DNA of 64,000 nt from Magnetococcales bacterium DC0425bin3 (GTDB taxonomy: Bacteria; Pseudomonadota; Magnetococcia; Magnetococcales; DC0425bin3). Location of the stretch: positions 1,516 through 65,515 of the forward strand of contig PEAP01000004.1 in assembly GCA_002753665.1 (NCBI GenBank), read 5' to 3'. Below are positions 20,514 to 29,494 of the stretch, one piece after another. Each line of letters begins with the position of its first letter. Within the stretch, counting starts at the first letter, position 1. A model generated the notes under the pieces. It had not been told where the DNA came from and made no database searches. It worked only from the letters and a program-made list of their open reading frames with translations. Position numbers and translations under genes: made by a program.

Positions 20514-22009
20514 CCGGGTCGGTGCCCGGGAGACAAGGGGACATCATGTCGGATTTTCCGGAATGCCACGGCCACCTGCCGAATCTGTCGGGCCAGGAGG
20601 AACGGCTGGGCCGGATTCTGGAAGAGCGCGCCGGGGAGGCAGTCTATGGCGGGCGCAGCGATGTGGACTTCGCCGCCATCAACAGCGCCTTTGCCATCGG
20701 TCTGCACATGCATCAGCCGCTGGTGCCCGCCGGCGGGGCGGATCTGGCCACTGCCGCCATCATCAGCAATCTCCAGCACATGCTGAACCATCCCCACCTG
20801 GGGGACAATCACAACGCCCGGGTGTTCCAGAATTGCTACCAGCGCATGGGGGAGATCATCCCGCGGTTGATCCGCGCGGGCCGCTCGCCCCGGGTGATGC
20901 TGGACTATTCGGGAACTCTCCTCCATGGCCTGTGGGCCATGGGGCTGCACGACGTGTTCGATGACCTGAAGCGCATCACTCTGGATGCGGAATTCAACTG
21001 GGCGGTGGAATGGCTGGGGACCCCCTGGGGACATCCCGTGGCGCCCTCCACCCCGGTGCAGGACTATCGACTGCATGTGCGGGCCTGGCAGCATCATTTC
21101 GCCGCCCTGTTCGGCGAGGAGGCCCTGGTGCGGGTGCGGGGTTTTTCACCGTCGGAGATGGCGCTGCCCAATCATCCGGATGTGGCCTATGCGTTCGTCA
21201 GGACCCTGCGGGATTGCGGGTATCGGTGGGTGCTGGTGCAGGAACACACCGTGGAACAGCCGGCCAATGGCTGGGGTCCCGAGCGGCCCCATCTGCCCCA
21301 CCGCCTGGTCTGCACCAGCAGCACCGGGGAGCAGGTGTCCATCATTGCCGTGATCAAGACTCAGGGCAGCGACTCCAAGCTGGTGGGGCAGATGCAGCCC
21401 TACTACGAGGCCCGCAACCATGGCCGCTGGACCCTGGGCAGCCACCGGGTGCCACCCCTGGTGACCCAGATCGCCGATGGGGAGAACGGCGGTGTGATGA
21501 TGAACGAATTTCCTCCCAAGTACATGGATGTCATGAAGGAATGCACCGGCACCCCCACCCGGGCCATGAACGTCACCGAATATCTGGAACTGCTTTTCGC
21601 CTCCGGGGTGACCGAAGCCGACCTGCCGGTGTTGCAACCGCTGCATCAGAAGGCGCTGTGGGACCGTTTTCGGGCCGGCGACGGGCCGGAGAAGCTGGAG
21701 CAGGCCATCCAGGACGCCAAGCAGGCCGACCATCGCTTCCACATGGACGGCGGCAGTTGGACCAACCACATCTCCTGGGTGGCCGGATACGACAACCTGC
21801 TGGACCCCATGCTCAAGACCAGCGCCCGGTTCAACGAAAAGGTCCTGGTACCCGGAATCGCCACCGACGAACAGCGCTACCGCAACGCCCTGTACCACCT
21901 GCTGTGCAGCCAGACCAGTTGCTACCGCTACTGGGGGCAGGGCCAGTGGACCGACTACGGTCGCGAGATCTGCCGGCGGACCGGGGAGATTCTGCAATAC
22001 GATTTTTGA
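20510..22009 (+). CDS. Glycoside hydrolase family 57-like alpha-glucan enzyme
   Basis: 499 aa. GLHMHQPLV near the N-terminus. ATGA overlap with glgA. An alternative SD-backed ATG is at 20546. Confidence 0.6.
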   Translation: MTGSVPGRQGDIMSDFPECHGHLPNLSGQEERLGRILEERAGEAVYGGRSDVDFAAINSAFAIGLHMHQPLVPAGGADLATAAIISNLQHMLNHPHLGDNHNARVFQNCYQRMGEIIPRLIRAGRSPRVMLDYSGTLLHGLWAMGLHDVFDDLKRITLDAEFNWAVEWLGTPWGHPVAPSTPVQDYRLHVRAWQHHFAALFGEEALVRVRGFSPSEMALPNHPDVAYAFVRTLRDCGYRWVLVQEHTVEQPANGWGPERPHLPHRLVCTSSTGEQVSIIAVIKTQGSDSKLVGQMQPYYEARNHGRWTLGSHRVPPLVTQIADGENGGVMMNEFPPKYMDVMKECTGTPTRAMNVTEYLELLFASGVTEADLPVLQPLHQKALWDRFRAGDGPEKLEQAIQDAKQADHRFHMDGGSWTNHISWVAGYDNLLDPMLKTSARFNEKVLVPGIATDEQRYRNALYHLLCSQTSCYRYWGQGQWTDYGREICRRTGEILQYDF

Positions 22010-22048
22010 GGCGGGCAGCCTATCCTCTTCCCCCTGGCTGCCATGGTC

Positions 22049-22064
22049 GGGGGGGGGGGGGGGG
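22049..22064. repeat. Poly-G homopolymer (16 nt), intergenic
   Basis: Sixteen consecutive G; the shadow ORF reads VGGGGGE. Confidence 0.95.
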
Positions 22065-22305
22065 AATTGGCGCAGGACGAACATGCGTCGAAGAACTTTA
22101 CAGTCTTTCAAGAATTCCTGTCTGGATATCCAGGGGCAAAACTTTCCGGGCCAGGGATTGTCCAATTGGATAGGACCCATGGGGCGGGACGGGGAGGGGC
22201 GGCAGTCGTGCCAACGGCATTGAACGACGCGCCGAGCCGGACACCGGTGGTCGGGGGCCGGGCTTTATCGAGCCTTCGCGGCGCCATTGCAGAGGGAGTC
22301 GAACC

Positions 22306-23001
22306 ATGGTTGCGGAAATGGGTGCGGTCAGGGGACTGATCCGGTCCACGTTTTTCGACGGTGACCAGGAGGCCGGCAAGGATCCAGCGCAGAAACGGCC
22401 GGTCATCACCCTCTCCCGGGATCTGGGCGCCCTGGGTGAGGAGGTGGCGTTGCTGCTCGGGGAACGGCTCGGTCTCGACCTGTTCGGCTATTCGGTGGTG
22501 GACAGCATCATCCAGCAATCCCACACCGACAAACATTTGACCAAAATGCTGGATGAGCGGGTCAACAGCACCATGGACGAATGGATTCGTTCCATGCTGG
22601 GTGGTCCGGGCCTGACCATGAACGACTACATCCGCCAACTGGTCCGGATCGTGATGGCCATCGCCCCCACCGGCGGCATCATCATCGGACGCGGCGCCCA
22701 TTTGATCCTGTCCCGGCATCCCCGCACCTTTCGGGTCCGGGTGGAAGGTTCCCACGAAGCCTGCGTCGGCCGGGTTGCCCGCCACGAGGGCCTCACCCGG
22801 GAAGAGGCGGAGCGCAAGGTGGCTGAGACCAACCGGGAGCGGGCGGCCTTCGTGCGGGAGGTGTACAAGCATTTTCCCAGCGACCGCAATCACTACGACC
22901 TGGTGATCAACTCCGATCATCTGGACCCCAAGTCGATTGCGGACATCATCCTGCTGGCCATGGCCCGCCGGGGCCTGATCGCCGAGACCGCGGCGGCCTG
23001 A
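22306..23001 (+). CDS. Cytidylate kinase-like family protein (P-loop-like, function unknown)
   Basis: 231 aa. RPVITLSRDLGALGEEVALLLGERLGLDLF is typical of the Cytidylate_kin2-type family. SD AGGGAG upstream. Confidence 0.5.
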   Translation: MVAEMGAVRGLIRSTFFDGDQEAGKDPAQKRPVITLSRDLGALGEEVALLLGERLGLDLFGYSVVDSIIQQSHTDKHLTKMLDERVNSTMDEWIRSMLGGPGLTMNDYIRQLVRIVMAIAPTGGIIIGRGAHLILSRHPRTFRVRVEGSHEACVGRVARHEGLTREEAERKVAETNRERAAFVREVYKHFPSDRNHYDLVINSDHLDPKSIADIILLAMARRGLIAETAAA

Positions 23002-23053
23002 GACCGCGGCGGCCTGAGGGGGGCCGTGAGGGTGGAAGAAGGGAAACGGCGTG

Positions 23054-23090
23054 CATTGAGGGTGGAGGGGTGCTTCCCCCATCCATCAAG
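23054..23090 (+). repeat. Two-hairpin repeat, copy 3 (conserved hairpin-2 half; 5' half divergent)
   Basis: CATTGAGGGTGGAGGGG-TGC-TTCCCCCATCCATCAAG. An extra GTGAGGGTGGAAGAAGGG box lies at 23026-23043. Confidence 0.8.
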
Positions 23091-26000
23091 ATGATCCGGC
23101 CAGCACCCTTTCGAACTCTTCTGGCGGCATGGGACGACCGGTGAGGTAGCCCTGCATCTCGTTGCACCCCTCCCGGGCCAGAAAGGCCAGTTGGGCCTCG
23201 GTCTCCACGCCTTCGGCCACCACCCGCAGCCCCAGGCTGCGGCCCAGGGAGATGATGGCCGTGACGATGGCGGCATCGTTGGAGTCGTCGGTCAGATCCC
23301 GCACGAAGGACTGGTCGATCTTCAGCGCCCGCAGGGGGAAGCGCTTGAGATAGCTCAGAGAGGAATAGCCGGTGCCGAAGTCGTCCAGGGAGATGGACAG
23401 GCCCATCTCCTTCAGGCGGCCCATGACGGTGATCGCCTGCTCCAGGTTGATCATCACCATGCTTTCGGTCACCTCCAGCTCCAGATGGGCGGGGGGCAGG
23501 CCGGTTTCCTCCAGGATGCGGCCAATCCGTTCCGGCAGGCCTTCCTGGGTGAATTGGGGGGCGGCCAGGTTGACGGCGGTCTTGACATCATATCCCTGTT
23601 CCAGCCATTGGCGGGTTTGCCGGCAGGCGGTGTGCAGGATCCAATCCCCCAGGGGAATGATCAACCCGGTCTCCTCGGCCAGGGGAATGAACCGGGCCGG
23701 GCTGACCATGCCGTCCTGCCGTTGCCAGCGCACCAGGGCCTCGGCCCCGATCACTCGCCGTTCGGATACCAGCAGCTTGGGTTGATAGAACAGGGTGAAT
23801 TCCTCGGCCTGCACCGCCCGGCGCAGGTTGCCTTCCAGCTTGAGACGGTCGTTGGAGGCGGCGTTCATGCCCGCCTCGAAGAAGCGGAAGGTTCCCCGGC
23901 CGCCTTCCTTGGCCTGATACATGGCCAGGTCGGCGTTCTTGGTCAGGGTATCGAAATCCTCGCCGTCGTTGGGAAAGATGGCAATGCCGATGCTGGCCCC
24001 CACATAGGCGTCGTGTTCCCCCAGGGTGACCGGATTCTGCAGGGCCTGGATGATCTCCCCGGCGATGTGGGAGGCCCGCTGGATGTGATGCAAACCGGAG
24101 AGGATGACGGTGAACTCGTCACCCCCCAGGCGGGACACGGTATCGCTGCGGCGCACGCAGTTGACGATGCGCCGGGAGATTTCCACCAGCAACTGGTCCC
24201 CCGCGGCATGCCCCAGGGTGTCGTTGACATGCTTGAAACGGTCCAGATCGATGAAGAACACCCCCACCTGCCGGTCGTTGCGCCGGGCCACGGCCATCTC
24301 ATGCTCCAGCCGATCCCGGAACAGCATGCGATTGGGCAGCCCGGTGAGGGGATCGTAATAGGCCAACTGTTCCAGCCGCTGTTCGGTGGCCTTGATGTGG
24401 GTGATGTCGGAAAAGATGCCCACATAATGGGTGAGTTGGTCCTCGGCGTCCTTGACGGCGTTGATGGTGAGCCATTTGGGGAAAATCTCACCGTTCTTGC
24501 GCCGGTCCCAGATTTCCCCGGTCCAATGGCCTTCGTCCTTCAGGGTTTGCCACATGCGCTGGTAGAAGGCATCGTCGTGCCGCCCGGACTTGCAGAGGTT
24601 GGGGTTGGTGCCCAGCACCTCCTCCCGGGTGAAGCCGGTAATTTCGGTATAGGCCGGGTTGACATCGACGATTCGGGCATCGGGGGTGGTGATCAGGATG
24701 CCTTCGCTGGCGTTGTCGAACACCTTGCCGGCCAGTTTGAGGTCGGCCTCGGCCCGCACCCGTTCCCGGACCTCGGCGGTGAGGCGCTGATTGGTGGTCT
24801 CCAGTTCCCGGGTCCGGTCCAGGACCCGTTGTTCCAACTGGGAATAGGCCTCCGCCAGGGCCTTGCTGGACTGCTTGCGGGCGGTGATATCATGCATGAT
24901 GCCGGTGAAGAACATCTCGTTGCCGACCTGAAAACGCCCCACCGACAGCTCCAGCGGGAACAGGCCGCCATCGACGCACATGCCTTCCACCTCCCGGATG
25001 GTGCCGATGATGCGTTTTTCGCCGGTAGTCAGGTGATGGGCCAGATACTGGTCGTGATCCCGGCCATGGGGATGGGGCATCAAAATGTTGACCTTCTTGC
25101 CGATGAGAAACCCGGGCGGATAGCCGAACAGATTGTGCAGCGAGCGGTTGCCGGAGCGGATCACCCCCTGGGAGTCGATGGTGAGCAGGCCGTCCACCGC
25201 CGAGTCCAGGATGGCGGTCAGGCGATCCTGTTCGGCCTGGAGGACCTGCCGGTCCTGCCGATGGCGGCGGTAGAAGAGCAGCGGGATAACCAACAGGGCC
25301 ACTAGGCCGGCCAGACCGGTACTCAGCAGCAGCCAACGGCGGAAGCGGATCTCTTGTCCCTGCCGGGCCAGGGTTTGCTCCAACCGGGTGGCAGCGGCCT
25401 GGGTGCAGTCGAGCAGGGCCGCGGCCGCGGTTTCGCCCAGGCTGAAAAAGGCCATGGGCGCCGTGACGCCGGGAGTCTTCGCCAGGCTGGCGGCAGCCTG
25501 GGTCAGGTCCTGGAAGGCGGACCCGGCCTGGCCGCCGAGACAGATGCGCACCGGATCGGGAGCGGTGGCCGGGGCGCCGGGAGCCGGCCTGGCCGGAATG
25601 GCGAGACTGTTCCAGGTGTCATGCAGATGCCGGAGGGTCTGGTCCAGGCGTTGGACATGCCCGGGGGTCATGGTTTGGCGCCCGGACAGACGACTGCCCA
25701 GGGCCTGGACCCGATTGAGGGTTTCCAGCAGGCGGGGCAGGTGCAGGATCAGCCATTGGACCTGCTGGTGGCTGTCCGGGTGGCCGGTGAACAGCAAACC
25801 GGAACGATGGGCGGCCTGTTTCAGCAGTGTGAGCAGACGGGCGATGGGGGGGTCGAGGGTCTCCGGGTCGGCTGGCAGGTCCGTCGGGACGACGCGGACC
25901 CCGGGGTGGAACTCGGCGACGGCCTGCAGGGGCGCGTCCAGGCCCAGGCGGATCGAGGTGGGATGATCGGCCAAGGCGCGGGCGGCGGCGCGGCGGTCCT

Positions 26001-26259
26001 CGCCCCTTTTTCTGAGGGATTCCTGGGCACCAGGCGCTTCGGCCCCGTCCAGGCCGGCGGTGGCCCGTTCCCGTTGCATCAGCACCAGGAGATGATGCAG
26101 GCGGCGCTGCTGGGCCACCCCTTCCAGCCGTTCCTCCACCAGCCCCGCTTCGGCCATCAGATCCAGATGCGTCAACACCGCGGGCGGCAGCAGCAGCACG
26201 GTGGGCAGCAGAATGGCGAGCAGCAACAGGGTGAGGGACATCGGCTGGCCGGTCTTCAT
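23086..26259 (-). CDS. Membrane sensor: NIT-like periplasmic domain, PAS x2, GGDEF, EAL
   Basis: 1057 aa. LVLMQRERATAGL is NIT-like. PAS S-boxes present. Has RLGGDEFTVIL, GAEALVRW and DDFGTGYSSLSYLKRFP. Stop codon lies inside repeat copy 3. Confidence 0.9.
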   Translation of the reverse strand: MKTGQPMSLTLLLLAILLPTVLLLPPAVLTHLDLMAEAGLVEERLEGVAQQRRLHHLLVLMQRERATAGLDGAEAPGAQESLRKRGEDRRAAARALADHPTSIRLGLDAPLQAVAEFHPGVRVVPTDLPADPETLDPPIARLLTLLKQAAHRSGLLFTGHPDSHQQVQWLILHLPRLLETLNRVQALGSRLSGRQTMTPGHVQRLDQTLRHLHDTWNSLAIPARPAPGAPATAPDPVRICLGGQAGSAFQDLTQAAASLAKTPGVTAPMAFFSLGETAAAALLDCTQAAATRLEQTLARQGQEIRFRRWLLLSTGLAGLVALLVIPLLFYRRHRQDRQVLQAEQDRLTAILDSAVDGLLTIDSQGVIRSGNRSLHNLFGYPPGFLIGKKVNILMPHPHGRDHDQYLAHHLTTGEKRIIGTIREVEGMCVDGGLFPLELSVGRFQVGNEMFFTGIMHDITARKQSSKALAEAYSQLEQRVLDRTRELETTNQRLTAEVRERVRAEADLKLAGKVFDNASEGILITTPDARIVDVNPAYTEITGFTREEVLGTNPNLCKSGRHDDAFYQRMWQTLKDEGHWTGEIWDRRKNGEIFPKWLTINAVKDAEDQLTHYVGIFSDITHIKATEQRLEQLAYYDPLTGLPNRMLFRDRLEHEMAVARRNDRQVGVFFIDLDRFKHVNDTLGHAAGDQLLVEISRRIVNCVRRSDTVSRLGGDEFTVILSGLHHIQRASHIAGEIIQALQNPVTLGEHDAYVGASIGIAIFPNDGEDFDTLTKNADLAMYQAKEGGRGTFRFFEAGMNAASNDRLKLEGNLRRAVQAEEFTLFYQPKLLVSERRVIGAEALVRWQRQDGMVSPARFIPLAEETGLIIPLGDWILHTACRQTRQWLEQGYDVKTAVNLAAPQFTQEGLPERIGRILEETGLPPAHLELEVTESMVMINLEQAITVMGRLKEMGLSISLDDFGTGYSSLSYLKRFPLRALKIDQSFVRDLTDDSNDAAIVTAIISLGRSLGLRVVAEGVETEAQLAFLAREGCNEMQGYLTGRPMPPEEFERVLAGSS

Positions 26260-26439
26260 GACGGGGCAACCCCCACGGACAGGTAATGGTTGCGATGCGG
26301 ACGGCAGAAATCCTTGCGCCGTGGAACCCCTGCCGCATCCTGCGGCAGGCCCTCAATCTAACCGTTTTTTCCGATTCCGTCACCCTTGACCTGCCCGGGG
26401 CTGTCGGTTCCGGCGAGGCCCGCAAGCCGCAACAGGTCT

Positions 26440-27102
26440 TCAGACCGCCCGTGGCCGGTCCTGGAACAGCCCCGCCAGCCAGTCCATGCGGGTGAGGGGC
26501 GCGCGGTCGTGGTCTTCCTGCAGGGTGAGGATGGCCCGGGTGGCGCGCTCCAAATGGCGGCGCAGGAGGTCCTGCTCTTCCTTCAGGAGGCGGTGTTGAT
26601 CCTGGAGGGCATCCAGCCGCCGTTGCAGATGGGTCAAGTCCACCGCCGCAGGTGGCGGCGTGATTGGAGCGGCGCTGGGGGCGGAGACGGCGGCTGCCGG
26701 CCCCGGGGCACTGGCGAACAGCTGGGCCAGCACCGCGCCATCCAGCAGGCGCCGGGTGCCCTGGAGACGAAAGGGCAGTTCGCCCCGCTCCATTTTCGAA
26801 TACAGGGTGGACCGGGGGACATTGTACAGGCGACTGGCGGCGCTCACGGTCAGTTCCCCGGCCTCGGTCCGGCGCATGGGAGGGGGAGAAGAGCAGGTTG
26901 GGGAGGGGAGGGGCGGCAGCGGGGTGACCGTCGGGGCGTCCGCCCCGTTGGCGCCCGGGGCCGGGAAGACCCGGCGCACCTCGGCGGCTTCCAGCAGGCG
27001 TTGGGAGCCTTCCTGCAGATACGCCAATTCCCCGTTTTCCATGCGGCGCAGCAGCTCGCTCTTCGATAGTCGGAAGCGGCGGGCCGCTTCGTTGACGGAC
27101 AT
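26440..27102 (-). CDS. Tandem excisionase/MerR-type HTH protein with C-terminal coiled coil
   Basis: 220 aa from ATG 27102. Two HTH units (MSVNEAARRFRLSKSELLRRMENGELAY and LTVSAASRLYNVPRSTLYSKMERGELPF). Leucine-rich coiled-coil tail. Divergent from ParA-like gene 1. Confidence 0.6.
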   Translation of the reverse strand: MSVNEAARRFRLSKSELLRRMENGELAYLQEGSQRLLEAAEVRRVFPAPGANGADAPTVTPLPPLPSPTCSSPPPMRRTEAGELTVSAASRLYNVPRSTLYSKMERGELPFRLQGTRRLLDGAVLAQLFASAPGPAAAVSAPSAAPITPPPAAVDLTHLQRRLDALQDQHRLLKEEQDLLRRHLERATRAILTLQEDHDRAPLTRMDWLAGLFQDRPRAV

Positions 27103-27391
27103 TCCGATCACGTCATTCTCCCCATGCGGAACATATGGAGGCAGGACCGGGGCTGGTCGCCCTGCCAAGTGGATTGTTTCATCGGGGACTCGGTGATGCT
27201 GGCGCGGTGCTTGCCCCTGCCGCAGCCCGGTCGGTGGGCTATTGCCCACGGTCGTCCCGGGGGCGACTATGCAAATCCGGAGCCGATTGGCGATTCCCCG
27301 TTCTAAGCCGCCGGGGGGTTTGGTAGACTTTTCCGGTGCGGTAGAGGCGGGCGCCAGCCCAGCGATTTCCGACCGGTATCCCGGGTGCGAC

Positions 27392-28036
27392 ATGGCCAAA
27401 GTGATTGCAGTCGTTCAATTGAAGGGGGGCGCCGGACGCTCCACCGTTGCCACCAATCTGGCCGGGGAACTCAGCAAGCGCGGCTCCGTGATCCTGGTGG
27501 ACGCCGACCTGCCCCAGGGCACCGCCCAATCCTGGTTCCTGCTGCGTCAGGAGGCGGGGCGGGAGAATGGGCTCACCCTCAGCGAGGCCCATAACGCCGA
27601 GCAGCTCAGGGCCACCGTGACCGGGGCGCTGGGCCGGGTGGATTATGTGGTGATCGACGGTCCGCCCCGCATCGCCGGCCTCACCCGGGACGCCGTGGTG
27701 ATGGCCGACTTGTGCCTCATCCCCCTGGGCGCCAGCATCTCCGAAACCTGGGCCACCGATGAACTGGAAAAGACCCTCAAGGATGCCGGTCGGGAGAAGG
27801 CAATCGATGCCCGCATTCTCTGGACCCGGTTCCGGGGTTGGACCCGGGCGGCCCAGGACCTGAGCGCCGCCATGGCCAAGGATTTCGACCTGCTCCACAT
27901 CGGCACCCGCCTGGGCTACCGGGTGGCCTACGCCGATGCCCTGTCCCGGGGCCTGACGGTCTGCGAATGGCACGACAAGGCCGCCCGCGACGAGTTCACC
28001 CAGGTGGTGGACGAGGTGCTGGGGCTGCTGGGCTGA
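27392..28036 (+). CDS. Small ParA/MinD-family ATPase with atypical Walker A (KGGAGRST)
   Basis: 214 aa. MAKVIAVVQLKGGAGRSTVATNLA, ILVDADLPQG, YVVIDGPP. No ParB gene adjacent. Confidence 0.8.
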   Translation: MAKVIAVVQLKGGAGRSTVATNLAGELSKRGSVILVDADLPQGTAQSWFLLRQEAGRENGLTLSEAHNAEQLRATVTGALGRVDYVVIDGPPRIAGLTRDAVVMADLCLIPLGASISETWATDELEKTLKDAGREKAIDARILWTRFRGWTRAAQDLSAAMAKDFDLLHIGTRLGYRVAYADALSRGLTVCEWHDKAARDEFTQVVDEVLGLLG

Positions 28037-28045
28037 GGGCGAATC

Positions 28046-28078
28046 CAAAAACAAGATCCGGCCCCGAAGGGCCGGATC
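28046..28078 (-). terminator. Hairpin terminator between convergent parA-like and ankyrin genes
   Basis: GATCCGGCCC-CGAA-GGGCCGGATC (28055-28078). A T-rich tract (TTGTTTTT) follows on the minus strand. Confidence 0.7.
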
Positions 28079-28126
28079 AAGGCAGTGGACTGTGATGGGT
28101 GAGGCAGGAGGAACCGGGCGGCGGTC

Positions 28127-28960
28127 TCAACCCAGGGGAGTCCGGGCCAGCCGGCGCATCACCGGCAGGTGGCCTTTTTCCCGGGCCATGGTCATGGCAT
28201 CGCTGCCGTCATGATGGACCAGGGCGGCGTTGGCGCCATGGGAAAGCAGCAGTTCCACCATTTCCAGATTGCCCCGCTCGGCGGCCAGCATCAGGGCGGA
28301 GTAGCCGGTCCGATCAGCCTGGTCGACCCCGGCGCCTTCGTCCAGCAGGTTGGCCACCACCGGCGGCACCTGGGCGCGGACACCGGCCATCAGGGCGGTC
28401 TTGCTGTCCCGGTCACGGGCGTTGGGGTTGGCTCCGGCGGCCAGCAAGGCCTTGGTATGGTCTGCCAGGCCGTGCCGGGCGGCTTCCATGAGGGCGGTGC
28501 GGCCCTGACGGGTCGTGGCGTTGACATCCGCCCCGGCGTCGATCAGGCGGGCCATCACCTCCAGCTGATCCCACTGGGCGGCCAGGATCAGGGGCGTTTG
28601 TCCCCAGGCATTGCGTTGGTTGATATCGGCGCCGGCGGCGATCAAACGATTCACCAGAGTCGCATTGCCTTCCACCACGGCCCACATGAGGGGTGAAAAT
28701 CCCTCCGGCCCGATGACATTGAGGTTGCGCTGGGCGGCGATGAACCGCTCCACCGCGGGCAGATTGCCGTCCATGGCCGCCTGGGCCACCGGATCATTGG
28801 GCAGGGCTGTGGGGTTGACGCCATCCCCCTCCTGCAGGAACAACAGGGGCACGAAGGCGACCAGGCAGGCGGTGGTCAGGACCAGGGCAAGGGTGGCTTC
28901 CAGGATTTCGGTGGCGATGTGGAAGGGTCTGGGGTGATCGTGGGCCAGCATGTTGGGCAT
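28127..28960 (-). CDS. Membrane-anchored ankyrin-repeat protein (paralogue 1)
   Basis: 277 aa with one N-terminal TM (LALVLTTACLVAFVPLLFL). At least 6 ANK repeats (GFSPLMWAVVEGN..., GQTPLILAAQWD..., GRTALMEAARHG...). SD GGGAGG. Confidence 0.85.
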   Translation of the reverse strand: MPNMLAHDHPRPFHIATEILEATLALVLTTACLVAFVPLLFLQEGDGVNPTALPNDPVAQAAMDGNLPAVERFIAAQRNLNVIGPEGFSPLMWAVVEGNATLVNRLIAAGADINQRNAWGQTPLILAAQWDQLEVMARLIDAGADVNATTRQGRTALMEAARHGLADHTKALLAAGANPNARDRDSKTALMAGVRAQVPPVVANLLDEGAGVDQADRTGYSALMLAAERGNLEMVELLLSHGANAALVHHDGSDAMTMAREKGHLPVMRRLARTPLG

Positions 28961-28983
28961 TGTTTTTCCTCCCGCTGTTTTGA

Positions 28984-28995
28984 TTGATTAATCAA
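28984..28995. promoter_or_regulatory. Perfect 12-bp palindrome TTGATTAATCAA in the ankyrin-1 leader/promoter
   Basis: Lies 24-35 nt upstream of the start codon. Embedded in TGATTGATTAATCAATGAATGAATCAA. Confidence 0.4.
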
Positions 28996-29424
28996 TGAAT
29001 GAATCAAATATTATCGAATGCTGATATCACTATTCGGCAAAGCCGCCGCCCGGATCAACCAAATCTTTGTAAAACTTTTGCAACGTCGTGAGGATCCGAC
29101 CGAATGCCGGGCGCCCCGACGATCCCTTGTACGGGGGCGTTGCACCGGGTGGGCGTTCCTTGATTGACATTAACTCAAGATTCGTACCAATTTCGACAAA
29201 TCGGACAAAATCGGAACAGGACGGCTGAAGGCCGGAAGCTCGTCAGGGAAAAGCGATTTCAATTCAATTTATTGACGACAACGCCCCGGCGCGGAACAGA
29301 ATCGGGCGAACCGGCTGTGGCCCAGCGGTTGCCGCGGACCGGCGGCAGAATGACGGTGGCGAATTATTGACGAGGGCGTCGGAATTCCGCCACCAGGCAG
29401 AATATGACAAAACATGACTGTTGC

Positions 29425-29454
29425 AAAAAAAAGCGCCCCCCAAGAGGGGGGCGC
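29425..29454 (-). terminator. Rho-independent terminator of glgB
   Basis: GCGCCCCCC-AAGA-GGGGGGCGC, followed on the minus strand by T8. Lies 40 nt after the glgB stop. Confidence 0.85.
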
Positions 29455-29494
29455 CCGGGATTTCGCCACGACCGACGGCCGGGTCGATCAGCGG

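Noticed and set aside
22984-23015. 16-bp tandem duplication (GAGACCGCGGCGGCCT x2) spanning the stop codon of the cytidylate-kinase-like gene.
   Set aside because: The duplication is real, but the stop codon would be the same without it. It looks like a simple slippage event with no evident consequence.
26328-26346. Hairpin CTGCCGCA-TCC-TGCGGCAG upstream of the sensor gene as a terminator or riboswitch element.
   Set aside because: It has no U-tract in the orientation of the flanking minus-strand genes and no conserved riboswitch motif that I recognise.
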